Shown here in pieces: positions 44,285 through 52,444 of a DNA stretch of 64,000 bases. The stretch is from Patescibacteria group bacterium (GTDB lineage Bacteria > Patescibacteriota > Minisyncoccia > Minisyncoccales > UBA5738). A program made the translations under genes and the position numbers. The first letter of the stretch is position 1; each line of letters starts with the position of its first letter. The notes under the pieces were generated by a model that saw only the letters and a list, made by a program, of their open reading frames with translations, had not been told where the DNA came from and did no database searches. The stretch covers positions 12,707 to 76,706 of the forward strand of contig JAKLGH010000002.1 in the NCBI GenBank assembly GCA_022710775.1. Direction: 5' to 3'.

Positions 44285-44737
44285 TCATTTTGGCGGCGTC
44301 GGTAGCTCTGTTTTATCTTCGTCGTCCTTTTCTTCCTTTATCTCATTCTCCGGCCTTGCCGGCTTTTTGATTAGCGTTTCCGGTTCTTTATCCGGAAAAA
44401 GCCGGTAAATTACCACGACCGCTATAATGATCGAGATAGTGGCGACAAAGGCTACGCAAGCTATCACGCTGATCAGAGTTCCAAATTGCATCGTTATCAG
44501 CAGGGCGGAAATAATGAGGATGAATAACCCTGCTGCCATAAAGCTGACGGAAATAAATATCCCCAAAATTTTTGTCGTGCCCGAAGATCGATGCGTTCCG
44601 GCGGCGAAAATCATACTGATAAGCGCCGCACTTCCGCCTGCCAACGCCATATAGGCGATGATATCCGGATTCATGGAATTCACCAAGCTCTTTGTAAACG
44701 ATAATTTAAAATTTGTCAACAATCTGTAATTCTTCAA
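44285..44737 (-). CDS. Hypothetical multi-pass membrane protein with acidic/Lys-rich C-terminal tail
   Basis: Three or four hydrophobic segments. An alternative start is the ATG at 44674 (MNPDII...). Confidence 0.55.
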   Translation of the reverse strand: MKNYRLLTNFKLSFTKSLVNSMNPDIIAYMALAGGSAALISMIFAAGTHRSSGTTKILGIFISVSFMAAGLFILIISALLITMQFGTLISVIACVAFVATISIIIAVVVIYRLFPDKEPETLIKKPARPENEIKEEKDDEDKTELPTPPK

Positions 44738-44876
44738 TAGCTTGTAGCCACCTGCTAAAAGAGGAAATTCATGATTTTTTTAGACAAAACAAAGGATTAC
44801 GAATAGAGTCCCGCTTCGGGCGGGGTCGACGTAACCCCGCGGAATGCGGGGTTAAGCGAAGCGGCGGGGGATGTCT

Positions 44877-44895
44877 GTGCCCTGTAGAAGAATTT
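44877..44895. repeat. Left inverted repeat flanking the GIY-YIG cassette
   Basis: The reverse complement of gtgccctgtagaagaattt is aaattcttctacagggcac. This matches 45268-45286 (aaattcttctacggggtgc) at the first 12 of 12 positions and at 16 of 19 overall. Confidence 0.65.
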
Positions 44896-44899
44896 AGAT

Positions 44900-45163
44900 T
44901 TAACCCTTCTTGGCCCGTAAATAGTCCTTTAGTCGCAGCTTTAACAATCTTTTACCTTGCGGCGTTTTTAGATATTGCTCTCGTTTGATCGCGTCAGTTT
45001 CGGTAATGCAGGCTTCGTAGTAAATTATTTGCCATGGGCGATACGGCTTAGTCGAAGGGTTAAAGCCATTATTATGTTCTTTTAATCTTTTTTGTAGGTC
45101 ATTAGTATAGCCAATATATAGATTGTCATTTTTTAAGCTTTGCAAAACGTAGTTGTAGAACAT
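44900..45163 (-). CDS. GIY-YIG nuclease family protein (UPF0213-like, 87 aa)
   Basis: YNYVLQSLKNDNLYIGYTNDLQKRLKEHN gives the GIY...YIG core, with the downstream R and E of the fold. Confidence 0.85.
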   Translation of the reverse strand: MFYNYVLQSLKNDNLYIGYTNDLQKRLKEHNNGFNPSTKPYRPWQIIYYEACITETDAIKREQYLKTPQGKRLLKLRLKDYLRAKKG

Positions 45164-45267
45164 AATAACGATCTAATTTCTCTACAGGGTTCACCCCGTA
45201 GAGAATTTTAAGCGCTTTTCCATGAAAAGCGTAACAAAAAACTTGTATCTCAACAAGCTTTTTGCTT

Positions 45268-45286
45268 AAAATTCTTCTACGGGGTG
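45268..45286. repeat. Right inverted repeat flanking the GIY-YIG cassette
   Basis: See 44877..44895. A related hairpin, aatttctctacaggg/ccccgtagagaattt, lies at 45174-45207 just upstream of the GIY-YIG start. Confidence 0.65.
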
Positions 45287-45299
45287 CCGAAGGTGGGAT
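45285..45299 (-). repeat. 15-nt duplicate of the tRNA-Leu 3' end (acceptor plus T-stem)
   Basis: gtgccgaaggtggga at 45284-45298 is identical to 45385-45399, the 3' end of tRNA-Leu. The two copies are direct repeats 101 bp apart. Confidence 0.7.
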
Positions 45300-45385
45300 G
45301 GTTCTCAGGTTCACCATTCCCATCGGCGAAGCGCTGATTTTTTTACCAAAACGTATTTGTATTGAGCGAGTGGTGCGAATCTAAG

Positions 45386-45469
45386 TGCCGAAGGTGGGAG
45401 TTGAACCCACACGAGGTTGCCCTCATAGCATTTTGAGTGCTACGTGTATGCCAGTTTCACCACTTCGGC
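45386..45469 (-). tRNA. tRNA-Leu (anticodon CAA), type II with long variable arm
   Basis: The reverse complement folds with acceptor GCCGAAG/CTTCGGC. The anticodon arm is TAGCA-CTCAAAA-TGCTA, the variable arm is GAGG-gcaa-CCTC, and the T-arm is GTGGG-TTCAACT-CCCAC. Confidence 0.95.
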
Positions 45470-45639
45470 GTATCTTGAACGGAAAAATGATTTAGGTCTC
45501 ATAGTGCCCGTCGAACCACCACTTTGGCATGTCTTTCGCGGACGGTAAACAGTATCTATTATCTATTTTTTTGGCGGTTTGTCAATCAAAATTATTTCTT
45601 CCAAGGCCGTTTTTCGCCGCAAATCCGGTGGGTCGTAAT

Positions 45640-45664
45640 AAAAAAACTATCAAATTTTTGATAG
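45640..45664 (-). terminator. Rho-independent terminator of the 45670..46173 cassette
   Basis: The minus strand reads ctatcaaa-aat-ttgatag followed by T7. The core AAAAAAACTATCAAA is shared with the next cassette's terminator. Confidence 0.6.
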
Positions 45665-45669
45665 CTAGG

Positions 45670-46173
45670 TCAGGCGGTTTTTGATTTAACGTAGGTCGGA
45701 TAAAATATATTCGAGCCGTCGGACGCTCGCACCGATTGCCCGGTAGGTATTACTTCGCCGGATTCAATGAGCGGGGCTATCCCATTTAACATGACGGAAT
45801 ATTCGTCTTCTTGGAGCTGGCGAGCCAATTCGGGAATGGTGAATGGCATCTCGGGAAGCCCCTCCCTAACGCGTCTTAGGACGCGTTCCTGCTCGGCTCT
45901 TAACCGTTCTTCTACGTTTCTCAAATACTCGCGGCTTGAATATTGGGCCGACAAAGTTTCTTCCTCGGCCTTGAATCCAACAACGGCTATTTCGCCGCAG
46001 TTTAATAAGTAAGCGACGGCAATCGATGTTTCAAACAGATCTAGATGGTACAACTTCGCTAATTCGGAAACCGTGATTTTTTCCTGTTCGGTGATCTTGC
46101 TGGTTATCCATTGTTTTATAAGCCATGCCATTCGGCAATGGGTCAAAAAACCAAAGAGATTCATGCGTATCAC
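45670..46173 (-). CDS. Hypothetical protein with two winged-helix-like modules (167 aa)
   Basis: AGGAG SD. ITVSELAKLYHLDLFETSIAVAYLLNCGEIAV and FTIPELARQLQEDEYSVMLNGIAPLIESGEVI look like tandem wHTH units. Confidence 0.5.
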   Translation of the reverse strand: MIRMNLFGFLTHCRMAWLIKQWITSKITEQEKITVSELAKLYHLDLFETSIAVAYLLNCGEIAVVGFKAEEETLSAQYSSREYLRNVEERLRAEQERVLRRVREGLPEMPFTIPELARQLQEDEYSVMLNGIAPLIESGEVIPTGQSVRASDGSNIFYPTYVKSKTA

Positions 46174-46342
46174 TCCTATGCTTTAAAAGTTCTAAAAAAA
46201 GGCTAGCGCATTGAAGGCGAAAAGTAAAGCAACCAAGCGGTTATTTTGCCTTTTCAATAAACTATTTTAAGGTTTCACTTCGGGCCATTCCGTTCTGCTT
46301 GGGGCTAGCTTTCTTTCCCGTAGCAGAGCCGGCGGAATTAAC

Positions 46343-46366
46343 AAAAAAACTATCAAAATGATAGTT
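46343..46366 (-). terminator. Rho-independent terminator of the 46365..46859 cassette
   Basis: The minus strand reads aactatca-ttt-tgatagtt followed by T7. It overlaps the stop codon. Confidence 0.6.
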
Positions 46367-46859
46367 ATGCGATTTTAGAGGCTGCCAATTCAATTGTAGC
46401 TCTTTTTGTGTTTGGAACAAAAAATATTTTCCGGTCAGCTATAAGTTCTTCCAATGCTTCGTTAAAAAGACGTTTGCTTTCGTCGTCTGAAAGATCGAAG
46501 GGAAAGTTTTTCTTTAGTTTCTTGATCGAAACGGGTGAAGCTTTTTCCAGCCGATTTATTATGGCTGACTTCATGCCGAATTTTTTGCAAGCGTCGCGCA
46601 AGCTTGGAAGTGTGTAGCTTACTTCAAACGGGAGTGGACAGCCTCCTTTGTGGCGGCCACGGTAATGCTTTTGATAGGGAGCCATGATCATCCCAAGATC
46701 AACCATTGTTCGCAATACCTTGTATCCGTCGAAATCTATCAGTACTTCCATTCTTTCAATAAGGGCGCACATTTCTCCAATAGTTATTCCTTCAGGATGG
46801 GTTTCGAACTCTTTTCTTACCAGATCTCTAAGCTTCGGGTTAGAGGGAGTTTTAAACAA
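46365..46859 (-). CDS. Hypothetical protein with winged-helix-like modules (164 aa)
   Basis: A clean ORF. ITIGEMCALIERMEVLIDFDGYKVLRTMVDLGMI is wHTH-like. No family recognised. Confidence 0.5.
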   Translation of the reverse strand: MFKTPSNPKLRDLVRKEFETHPEGITIGEMCALIERMEVLIDFDGYKVLRTMVDLGMIMAPYQKHYRGRHKGGCPLPFEVSYTLPSLRDACKKFGMKSAIINRLEKASPVSIKKLKKNFPFDLSDDESKRLFNEALEELIADRKIFFVPNTKRATIELAASKIA

Positions 46860-46884
46860 AGGCCTTGTTTTTTTAGCGGAGGAG

Positions 46885-46954
46885 TTATTTTTTATTGGTT
46901 TCGCATTCTTTGTTGGAGCATTCTTCCGCCGCCGCGGAGCGGTTTGACCTTCAA
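46885..46954 (-). pseudogene. Relic duplicate of the topA 3' end (last ~23 codons, indel/frameshifted)
   Basis: 46903-46954 (gcattctttgttggagcattcttccgccgccgcggagcggtttgaccttcaa) aligns with topA 47654-47704 (gcattccttgtttgagcatttttctccgccgcggagcggtttgaccatcaa). There is an exact 21-nt core. The relic would encode KVKPLRGG..ECSNKECETNKK* versus the TopA C-terminus MVKPLRGGEKCSNKECSQLDYQKKI*. Confidence 0.65.
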
Positions 46955-46991
46955 TATGCCTTGCTTAAAATAATAGCACCCAATGCGGGTG

Positions 46992-47495
46992 CTAAGCGAA
47001 GCGTTTTTGCGCCAAAATGCTTGTAAATTCTTTATCTCCGTATGCTTTAAACATTGCGATTGCTTTTTCGTAATCTTTCGGTTCTTTGCAAAGGCTCAAG
47101 ATCCTCATTTTTAACTTGGCAGAAAGAAAATGCTCTCTATTGTTTCCTTTTGCCGTAAAGTACCTGTATATCTGCATTGCAAGACTGGGGGTAAAAATAG
47201 GGTCCCATTCTGGTAATTGGAATTCGTAACCATTGATTGATCTATCCAGTACCAGCGTGAGGCATTCGTCAAGATCGGCCGATTCGATGAACTTGGACAG
47301 TTTTTCGATAATTATCCGCTTCGAACTCGATTTTTCCCACAGGTTCGATTTTTCCCTCGCAAAAGCATTTGCAAGATCCACGCATTCAACGGCTGTTTTT
47401 CTTTTGAAAAATCCGGCATTGAACAGCGAATCCATTGATAGCATTGCCAAACCCATTCCTTCGTTTTTCGCAATTCTGGCAAATTCACTTTCCAT
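46992..47495 (-). CDS. Hypothetical protein (167 aa), cargo of the cassette bounded by the topA 3'-end repeats
   Basis: A clean ORF, with a TTGACA-17-TATTAA promoter readable on the minus strand at about 47540-47585. No family recognised. Confidence 0.5.
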   Translation of the reverse strand: MESEFARIAKNEGMGLAMLSMDSLFNAGFFKRKTAVECVDLANAFAREKSNLWEKSSSKRIIIEKLSKFIESADLDECLTLVLDRSINGYEFQLPEWDPIFTPSLAMQIYRYFTAKGNNREHFLSAKLKMRILSLCKEPKDYEKAIAMFKAYGDKEFTSILAQKRFA

Positions 47496-47623
47496 ATCTT
47501 CTATATCCTATTGAGAAGTCATTTGGACAACCTCGTTTACCAAATCATTTAATAACAAAAAAATAAAAAATTGTCAAATTTTTATCTCACTTTATCAAAG
47601 CCATTACTTTAATAAACAATAAA

Positions 47624-49768
47624 TTAAATCTTTTTTTGGTAATCAAGTTGAGAGCATTCCTTGTTTGAGCATTTTTCTCCGCCGCGGAGCGGTTTGACCA
47701 TCAAAGAACCGCAAGTCGGACACTTGACGCCGGTGGGTTCGTCCCATAAGGCGAAATCGCAATTCGGGTAATTGGAACAGCCGTAGAAAGTTTTTCCTTT
47801 CTTTGTCCGTTTGGTTACAATATTCCCGGTCTGGCATTTTGGGCATTTGACCTCTATTTTCGGTTCGCCGTTCGCCTGCGCGATGGTTTCGGTGTATTTG
47901 CATTCAGGAAAAGCGGAGCAGGCGTAAAACTTTCCAAAGCGGCCCATGCGCGTAATAACCAACGCGCCGCATTTGGGGCACACTTTTCCGGTCACTTCCT
48001 GGACGAGCCCTTTTTTCTCCACGTTCTGGTATTTATCGGCGAGGTTTTTCGCGAACGGATCGTAGAATTCGCGCAGGACGCCGATCCAGTCTTTTTTCCC
48101 TTCGGCGATATCGTCGAAATCTTCCTCCATTTTGGCGGTGAAGCCGGCATCGACAATCTGGGAGAAATGCTCGACCAAAATGTCATTCACCATGAAACCC
48201 ATTTCCGTAGGCTTGAACGATTTTTTTTCGTCCTTTTCGATGTAGCGCCGCGTTTGGATCGTCGAAATGATGGGCGCGTAGGTCGAAGGGCGGCCGATCC
48301 CGTGCTCTTCCAACACCTTAATGAGAGTTGCTTCGGTGTATCTTGCCGGCGGCTTGGTTTGGTGCTTGGTCGAGTCCAGTTTTAAAAATTCCAAAAGCTC
48401 GTTTAGTCCCACTACGGGAAGATCGACCTGTTCGAATTTAACGTCGTAAATTTTCAAAAAGCCGTCGAATTTCAACGTTTGGCCGGTGGCACGGAAACCG
48501 TATTTTGAGGCGCTTTGGCCGGCGGTTTTGGCGGCAATGTCGATGCTGGCCGAATCGAAGACCGCCGGACTCATCTGGCAGGCGATGAAACGCTTCCAGA
48601 TCAGTTCGTAAAGTTTTGATTGAGATCCGTTCAGGTTCTTTTGGTCTTTCACGGCCTCGGGCGTACTGGCCGGATCCGTTGGGCGGATCGCTTCGTGCGC
48701 TTCCTGGGCAAGCTTCGCTTTGGTTTTATAGCGCGTGTATTGGCCGGGCCAGTAATTCGCGCCGCAATTTTTTTCTATGTAATCCTTGGCCGAGGCTACC
48801 GCTTGGTCGGACAGGTTCAAGGAGTCGGTGCGGTGGTAGGTGATCAAGCCGACCTCGTAAAGCTGTTGGGCCAGTTGCATCGTAAATTTGGCTTGGAAAT
48901 GGAATTTTTTCCAAGCTTCCTGCTGCAAAGTTGAAGTGGTAAACGGGGGAAGGGGATTGCGCTTGGTTTCCTTTTTTTCCAGATTTGCCACACGGTATTC
49001 GGCTCCGGCAAGTTCGTTGACGATGGCATCGGCTTGTTGCTGTGTTTTGATTTCGAGTTTTTCGCAGGCTGTTCCGTCGATCTTATTGAGGCGGGCGGCG
49101 AATTCTTTAAAAGGTTTAAGCCGGGTGTTTTTCAGAAGTACTGTGATTTCCCAATAATCCTGGGGCACGAATTTTTCGATCTCACGTTCGCGTTCCACGA
49201 CCAGGCGCACGGCTACGGACTGGACGCGTCCGGCGGACAGCCCTTTAGCCACTTTTCTCCAAAGGAACGGGGAGAGCTTGTAGCCGACGATGCGGTCCAG
49301 TATCCGGCGGGCCTGTTGGGCGTTGACCAGGCTTTCGTTGATTTTGCGGGGATGTTTGATGGCCTCTTCAATCGCGGTTTTCGTGATTTCGTGAAATTCG
49401 ACGCGCTGGTAGGGTCTGGCCGCCTTTGGCGAGCCTCGCCCTTGGCGGGCTGTTTTGCTTGTCGAATCGTTTTTTAATTTTAAAGCTTGCACCAAGTGCC
49501 AGGCGATCGCTTCTCCTTCGCGGTCCGGATCGGTCGAGATCAAAACCGAATCGGCTTTTTCCAGCTCTTTCTTGATGTCGGAGATCCGTTTTTTGGCCTT
49601 GACGGGAATGGCGTATTTTGGTTCGAAGTCGTGTTCCAGATCCACGCCAAAAGCGTGCTGGGGCAAATCCCTCACGTGTCCGTAGGACGAAATGATTTTG
49701 TAATCGGAGCCCAAAAATCCTTGCAAGGTCCTTGCTTTAGTCGGGCTTTCAACGATAACTAAGCGCAT
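47624..49768 (-). CDS. topA: DNA topoisomerase I
   Basis: TOPRIM N-terminus (LVIVESPTKA, DPDREGE), an active-site region (ITYHRTDS), and three C-terminal CxxC...CxxC zinc ribbons. Confidence 0.97.
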   Translation of the reverse strand: MRLVIVESPTKARTLQGFLGSDYKIISSYGHVRDLPQHAFGVDLEHDFEPKYAIPVKAKKRISDIKKELEKADSVLISTDPDREGEAIAWHLVQALKLKNDSTSKTARQGRGSPKAARPYQRVEFHEITKTAIEEAIKHPRKINESLVNAQQARRILDRIVGYKLSPFLWRKVAKGLSAGRVQSVAVRLVVEREREIEKFVPQDYWEITVLLKNTRLKPFKEFAARLNKIDGTACEKLEIKTQQQADAIVNELAGAEYRVANLEKKETKRNPLPPFTTSTLQQEAWKKFHFQAKFTMQLAQQLYEVGLITYHRTDSLNLSDQAVASAKDYIEKNCGANYWPGQYTRYKTKAKLAQEAHEAIRPTDPASTPEAVKDQKNLNGSQSKLYELIWKRFIACQMSPAVFDSASIDIAAKTAGQSASKYGFRATGQTLKFDGFLKIYDVKFEQVDLPVVGLNELLEFLKLDSTKHQTKPPARYTEATLIKVLEEHGIGRPSTYAPIISTIQTRRYIEKDEKKSFKPTEMGFMVNDILVEHFSQIVDAGFTAKMEEDFDDIAEGKKDWIGVLREFYDPFAKNLADKYQNVEKKGLVQEVTGKVCPKCGALVITRMGRFGKFYACSAFPECKYTETIAQANGEPKIEVKCPKCQTGNIVTKRTKKGKTFYGCSNYPNCDFALWDEPTGVKCPTCGSLMVKPLRGGEKCSNKECSQLDYQKKI

Positions 49769-50624
49769 AGATGTTTTCTCCCAAATCCCGTACCTTTCCT
49801 TTGATTTCGAGGACGGGAAGAAGGCTTAAGACTTTTACTGCCGGCAAGCCGGTGGCTAAAATTATTTTGTCGACTTCCAGCGCGCCTTCGCGCAATGATT
49901 TTAATATCATGACTTCTTCTTTGCTGCCTTCGGGTTCTGTTATGCCGTCCAGAGCAAGCTGGGAGCCGACGCCGATCTCATCTAAAATGTCTTTGGCGTT
50001 CCGGGCCAGGATCGCTCCCTGCCTGATCAGCTCATTACAGCCTCGGGAGTTAGTCGAATAGACGGAGCCGGGAACCGCGAAAATCTTTTTCTTTTGTTTT
50101 CGCGCCCACCCGGCGGTTATCAGCGATCCCGATTTTTCCTTGGCTTCGATTATAACTACGGCAAGCGATAATCCCGAGATTATCCGGTTGCGCTTGGCAA
50201 AAGTAAATCTTGCTCCATGCGTGCCCGGCGGACATTCGCTGACCAACAGGCCGCCGCAGTCCAGGATATTTTCGGATAGCGCCACGTTAGTCTGGGGATA
50301 AATGCTCTTTTTGTCAAGGCCGGTGCCAAGGACGGCGATCGTCCGCGCTTTGTTTTCAACCGCCGTTTTATGGGCAATGGTGTCGATACCGGGAGTCAGT
50401 CCGGAAACAATGACGATTCCGGCTTCCACCAGCCCTTGGGCGATGTTTGAAGCAGCCAGCTTTCCGTAATCCGAGCACATTCTTGTTCCGACGATTGCCA
50501 CTCTGGTTTCTTTGGCTGTCATCCGCCCGGCGCAATAAATGGTTTTTGGAGGCTGGGGGATCGACCGCAGTTCCGGGGGATATAATGTATCCGTTAAATT
50601 GATAGTTTCTATTATGTTGGGCAT
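49749..50624 (-). CDS. dprA: DNA processing protein DprA (Smf)
   Basis: VAIVGTRMCSDYG...VSGLTPGIDTIAHK...GSLITA pattern. dprA-topA synteny is present, with a 20-nt overlap. Confidence 0.85.
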   Translation of the reverse strand: MPNIIETINLTDTLYPPELRSIPQPPKTIYCAGRMTAKETRVAIVGTRMCSDYGKLAASNIAQGLVEAGIVIVSGLTPGIDTIAHKTAVENKARTIAVLGTGLDKKSIYPQTNVALSENILDCGGLLVSECPPGTHGARFTFAKRNRIISGLSLAVVIIEAKEKSGSLITAGWARKQKKKIFAVPGSVYSTNSRGCNELIRQGAILARNAKDILDEIGVGSQLALDGITEPEGSKEEVMILKSLREGALEVDKIILATGLPAVKVLSLLPVLEIKGKVRDLGENIYALSYR

Positions 50625-50838
50625 TGCCGGCGCGGCATTTCCTCCGGACCCGCGAATTTCTGAATAAGAATTTTTTTTGTTGAACAGGACTTGCGAATAA
50701 CCAATGCGAATTTTAAACTATAACATTGTTAGGCTATCCGCGCAAAAAAAACGTATCAAACCGCAGACAACAAATTGACAAAAAACCGTTTTTCCGTTAA
50801 AAAATTCAAGTAGTTCGTTAAAAAGGAGGCGTATAACA

Positions 50839-51306
50839 ATGGGCGTAAAGACAAATTGGGAAATAGCGAGTGATTTAAAAGAAAAACTGCGGGGATTCAT
50901 TGCATCGCCTTTTTGGATCGACATTGAACACGGAACTTCGGTTATGAGCATTGCCGTTGGGCGGTCGCGGAAAGCAGGCGCTAATTCAGATATGGAGCCC
51001 GAAAATTGGTATCGGGAGTTTGCCAAGGCTGTTGCCTCAAAATACGGCGCTTCTTTTAAAACAGCCATCGAAAACGAAGGAGCTCTGGTTTATGACGGTT
51101 TTTACTGGGATATTGAAAAATTAGCACCGGATAAAGTAATTGAAATTTGCGTAGCGGCCATCAAAGATTTTATGGCCGGAGTGTCGGCAGTTAAACGGAT
51201 AGATGTTGACGAAGCAGTCGCCGCTTTGAAATTGAACGCGGCATTGGCAGCGGCAGTTATCCCAAACCTTGGTGCCAAAAGGCGGGACAGAGGCGACAAC
51301 TTGTGA
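50839..51306 (+). CDS. Hypothetical protein (155 aa)
   Basis: AAGGAGG lies 9 nt upstream, with a TTGACA-17-TAAAAA promoter. No family recognised. Confidence 0.5.
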   Translation: MGVKTNWEIASDLKEKLRGFIASPFWIDIEHGTSVMSIAVGRSRKAGANSDMEPENWYREFAKAVASKYGASFKTAIENEGALVYDGFYWDIEKLAPDKVIEICVAAIKDFMAGVSAVKRIDVDEAVAALKLNAALAAAVIPNLGAKRRDRGDNL

Positions 51307-51364
51307 TTTTATCGTGGGACGGGTCATTTGCTTTAAGGGTTGTTGCAAAAAGGAGTTGGGGAGC

Positions 51365-51574
51365 ATGACAGCTATAAGCGTTATAGTGGAAAAAAGCGCG
51401 GCGGGAGAAATCGAAAAACCAATCCTGACATTAAGCTTGGGGTTGGAGTATGCGTGTCCAAAATGCCATATCGTTATCGTTGGCAGATTGGTTACGGATG
51501 AATTCGGCCGGCCCGTTGCCCTTTTTAAATGTCCCGATCCTGAATGTGGATATGTTTGGGGAAGGGTTGATTAA
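51365..51574 (+). CDS. Small zinc-ribbon protein (69 aa), hypothetical
   Basis: The start is at the internal ATG with AAGGAG SD (the ORF track starts at 51269). CPKC...(22 aa)...CPDPEC forms a four-Cys ribbon. Confidence 0.5.
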   Translation: MTAISVIVEKSAAGEIEKPILTLSLGLEYACPKCHIVIVGRLVTDEFGRPVALFKCPDPECGYVWGRVD

Positions 51575-51604
51575 CAAAAAACCGGGGATAACCCTGGTTT
51601 TTTC
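51575..51604. terminator. Bidirectional rho-independent terminator (between 51365..51574 and pth)
   Basis: An A-run, then accgggg-ataa-ccctggt, then a T-run, between convergent genes. Confidence 0.65.
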
Positions 51605-51620
51605 TTGCCCCAAAAGAGCA

Positions 51621-52214
51621 TTAACTGTTGAATTCGGTCATGGCTTTTTCCAGATTTTGGTTTAAAGCCATAATGATTGCTTTAGCTGTTCTTTCGAGAG
51701 TTTTTTCCAGCAGGGCATTATCGTTTTGGGAAAACTTTTTCAGCACGAATTTATCCGCCGCTATTTTTTTCTCGGCCAGCTCCGGTTTTTGGACGCCAAG
51801 CCGGAACCGGACGAAATTTTTCGACTTTAACCGGTCAATGATGGATTGGACGCCTTTATGGCCGGCCGAACCGCGGTTTTTGGCGATTCTGATTTTTCCG
51901 AAAGGCAGGTCGACATCATCGTTTATGACCCAAAGGCCGGGATAGCTTTTTTTGTCTCCAAGCTTCTTCTTCGCCAGGATTTTGGCGATTTCGCGGCCCG
52001 AGTTGTTCATAAAGGACTGGGGTTTTACCAGGATGACCAGGATTTTGCCGATCTTAGCTTCGGTTGTAAGCGATCCGTCGATTTTCATTTCAAAGGGCGG
52101 GAACTCCAGCGTGGCGGCTAATTTGTCTAATGCCAAAAAACCAAAATTATGGGGAGTTTGGCAATAATTTTCCCCGGGATTTCCCAATCCCGCGATAATA
52201 ACGGTTTTTTCCAT
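51621..52214 (-). CDS. pth: Peptidyl-tRNA hydrolase
   Basis: The start is taken at MEKTVIIAGLGNPGENY (52214). HNFGF and the GSAGHKG-type motif are present. Confidence 0.9.
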   Translation of the reverse strand: MEKTVIIAGLGNPGENYCQTPHNFGFLALDKLAATLEFPPFEMKIDGSLTTEAKIGKILVILVKPQSFMNNSGREIAKILAKKKLGDKKSYPGLWVINDDVDLPFGKIRIAKNRGSAGHKGVQSIIDRLKSKNFVRFRLGVQKPELAEKKIAADKFVLKKFSQNDNALLEKTLERTAKAIIMALNQNLEKAMTEFNS

Positions 52215-52340
52215 AAAAGCTCTTTTTAGCAGTTTACAACGATAGGCCGGCCCAGTAAAGACAAGCGGACAAAGTTGATGGCCCAAAAAAGGTTTCGGCG
52301 GACAAACGCGGCCAATAGTCGATTTTTACGTAAAAAAGGC

Positions 52341-52369
52341 TTGATTTGGCGATATTTTTTTGTTATAAT
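52341..52369 (+). promoter_or_regulatory. Sigma70-like promoter with extended -10 (TTGATT-17-TGtTATAAT)
   Basis: TTGATT at 52341-52346 and TGTTATAAT at 52361-52369, upstream of lepB. Confidence 0.55.
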
Positions 52370-52444
52370 TAATAAACTAAGCCAAATAACTGGTAAATAA
52401 CCCCTTAAGCCGCTTTACGCGCGCGGACTGCGGTTTTTATAAAA

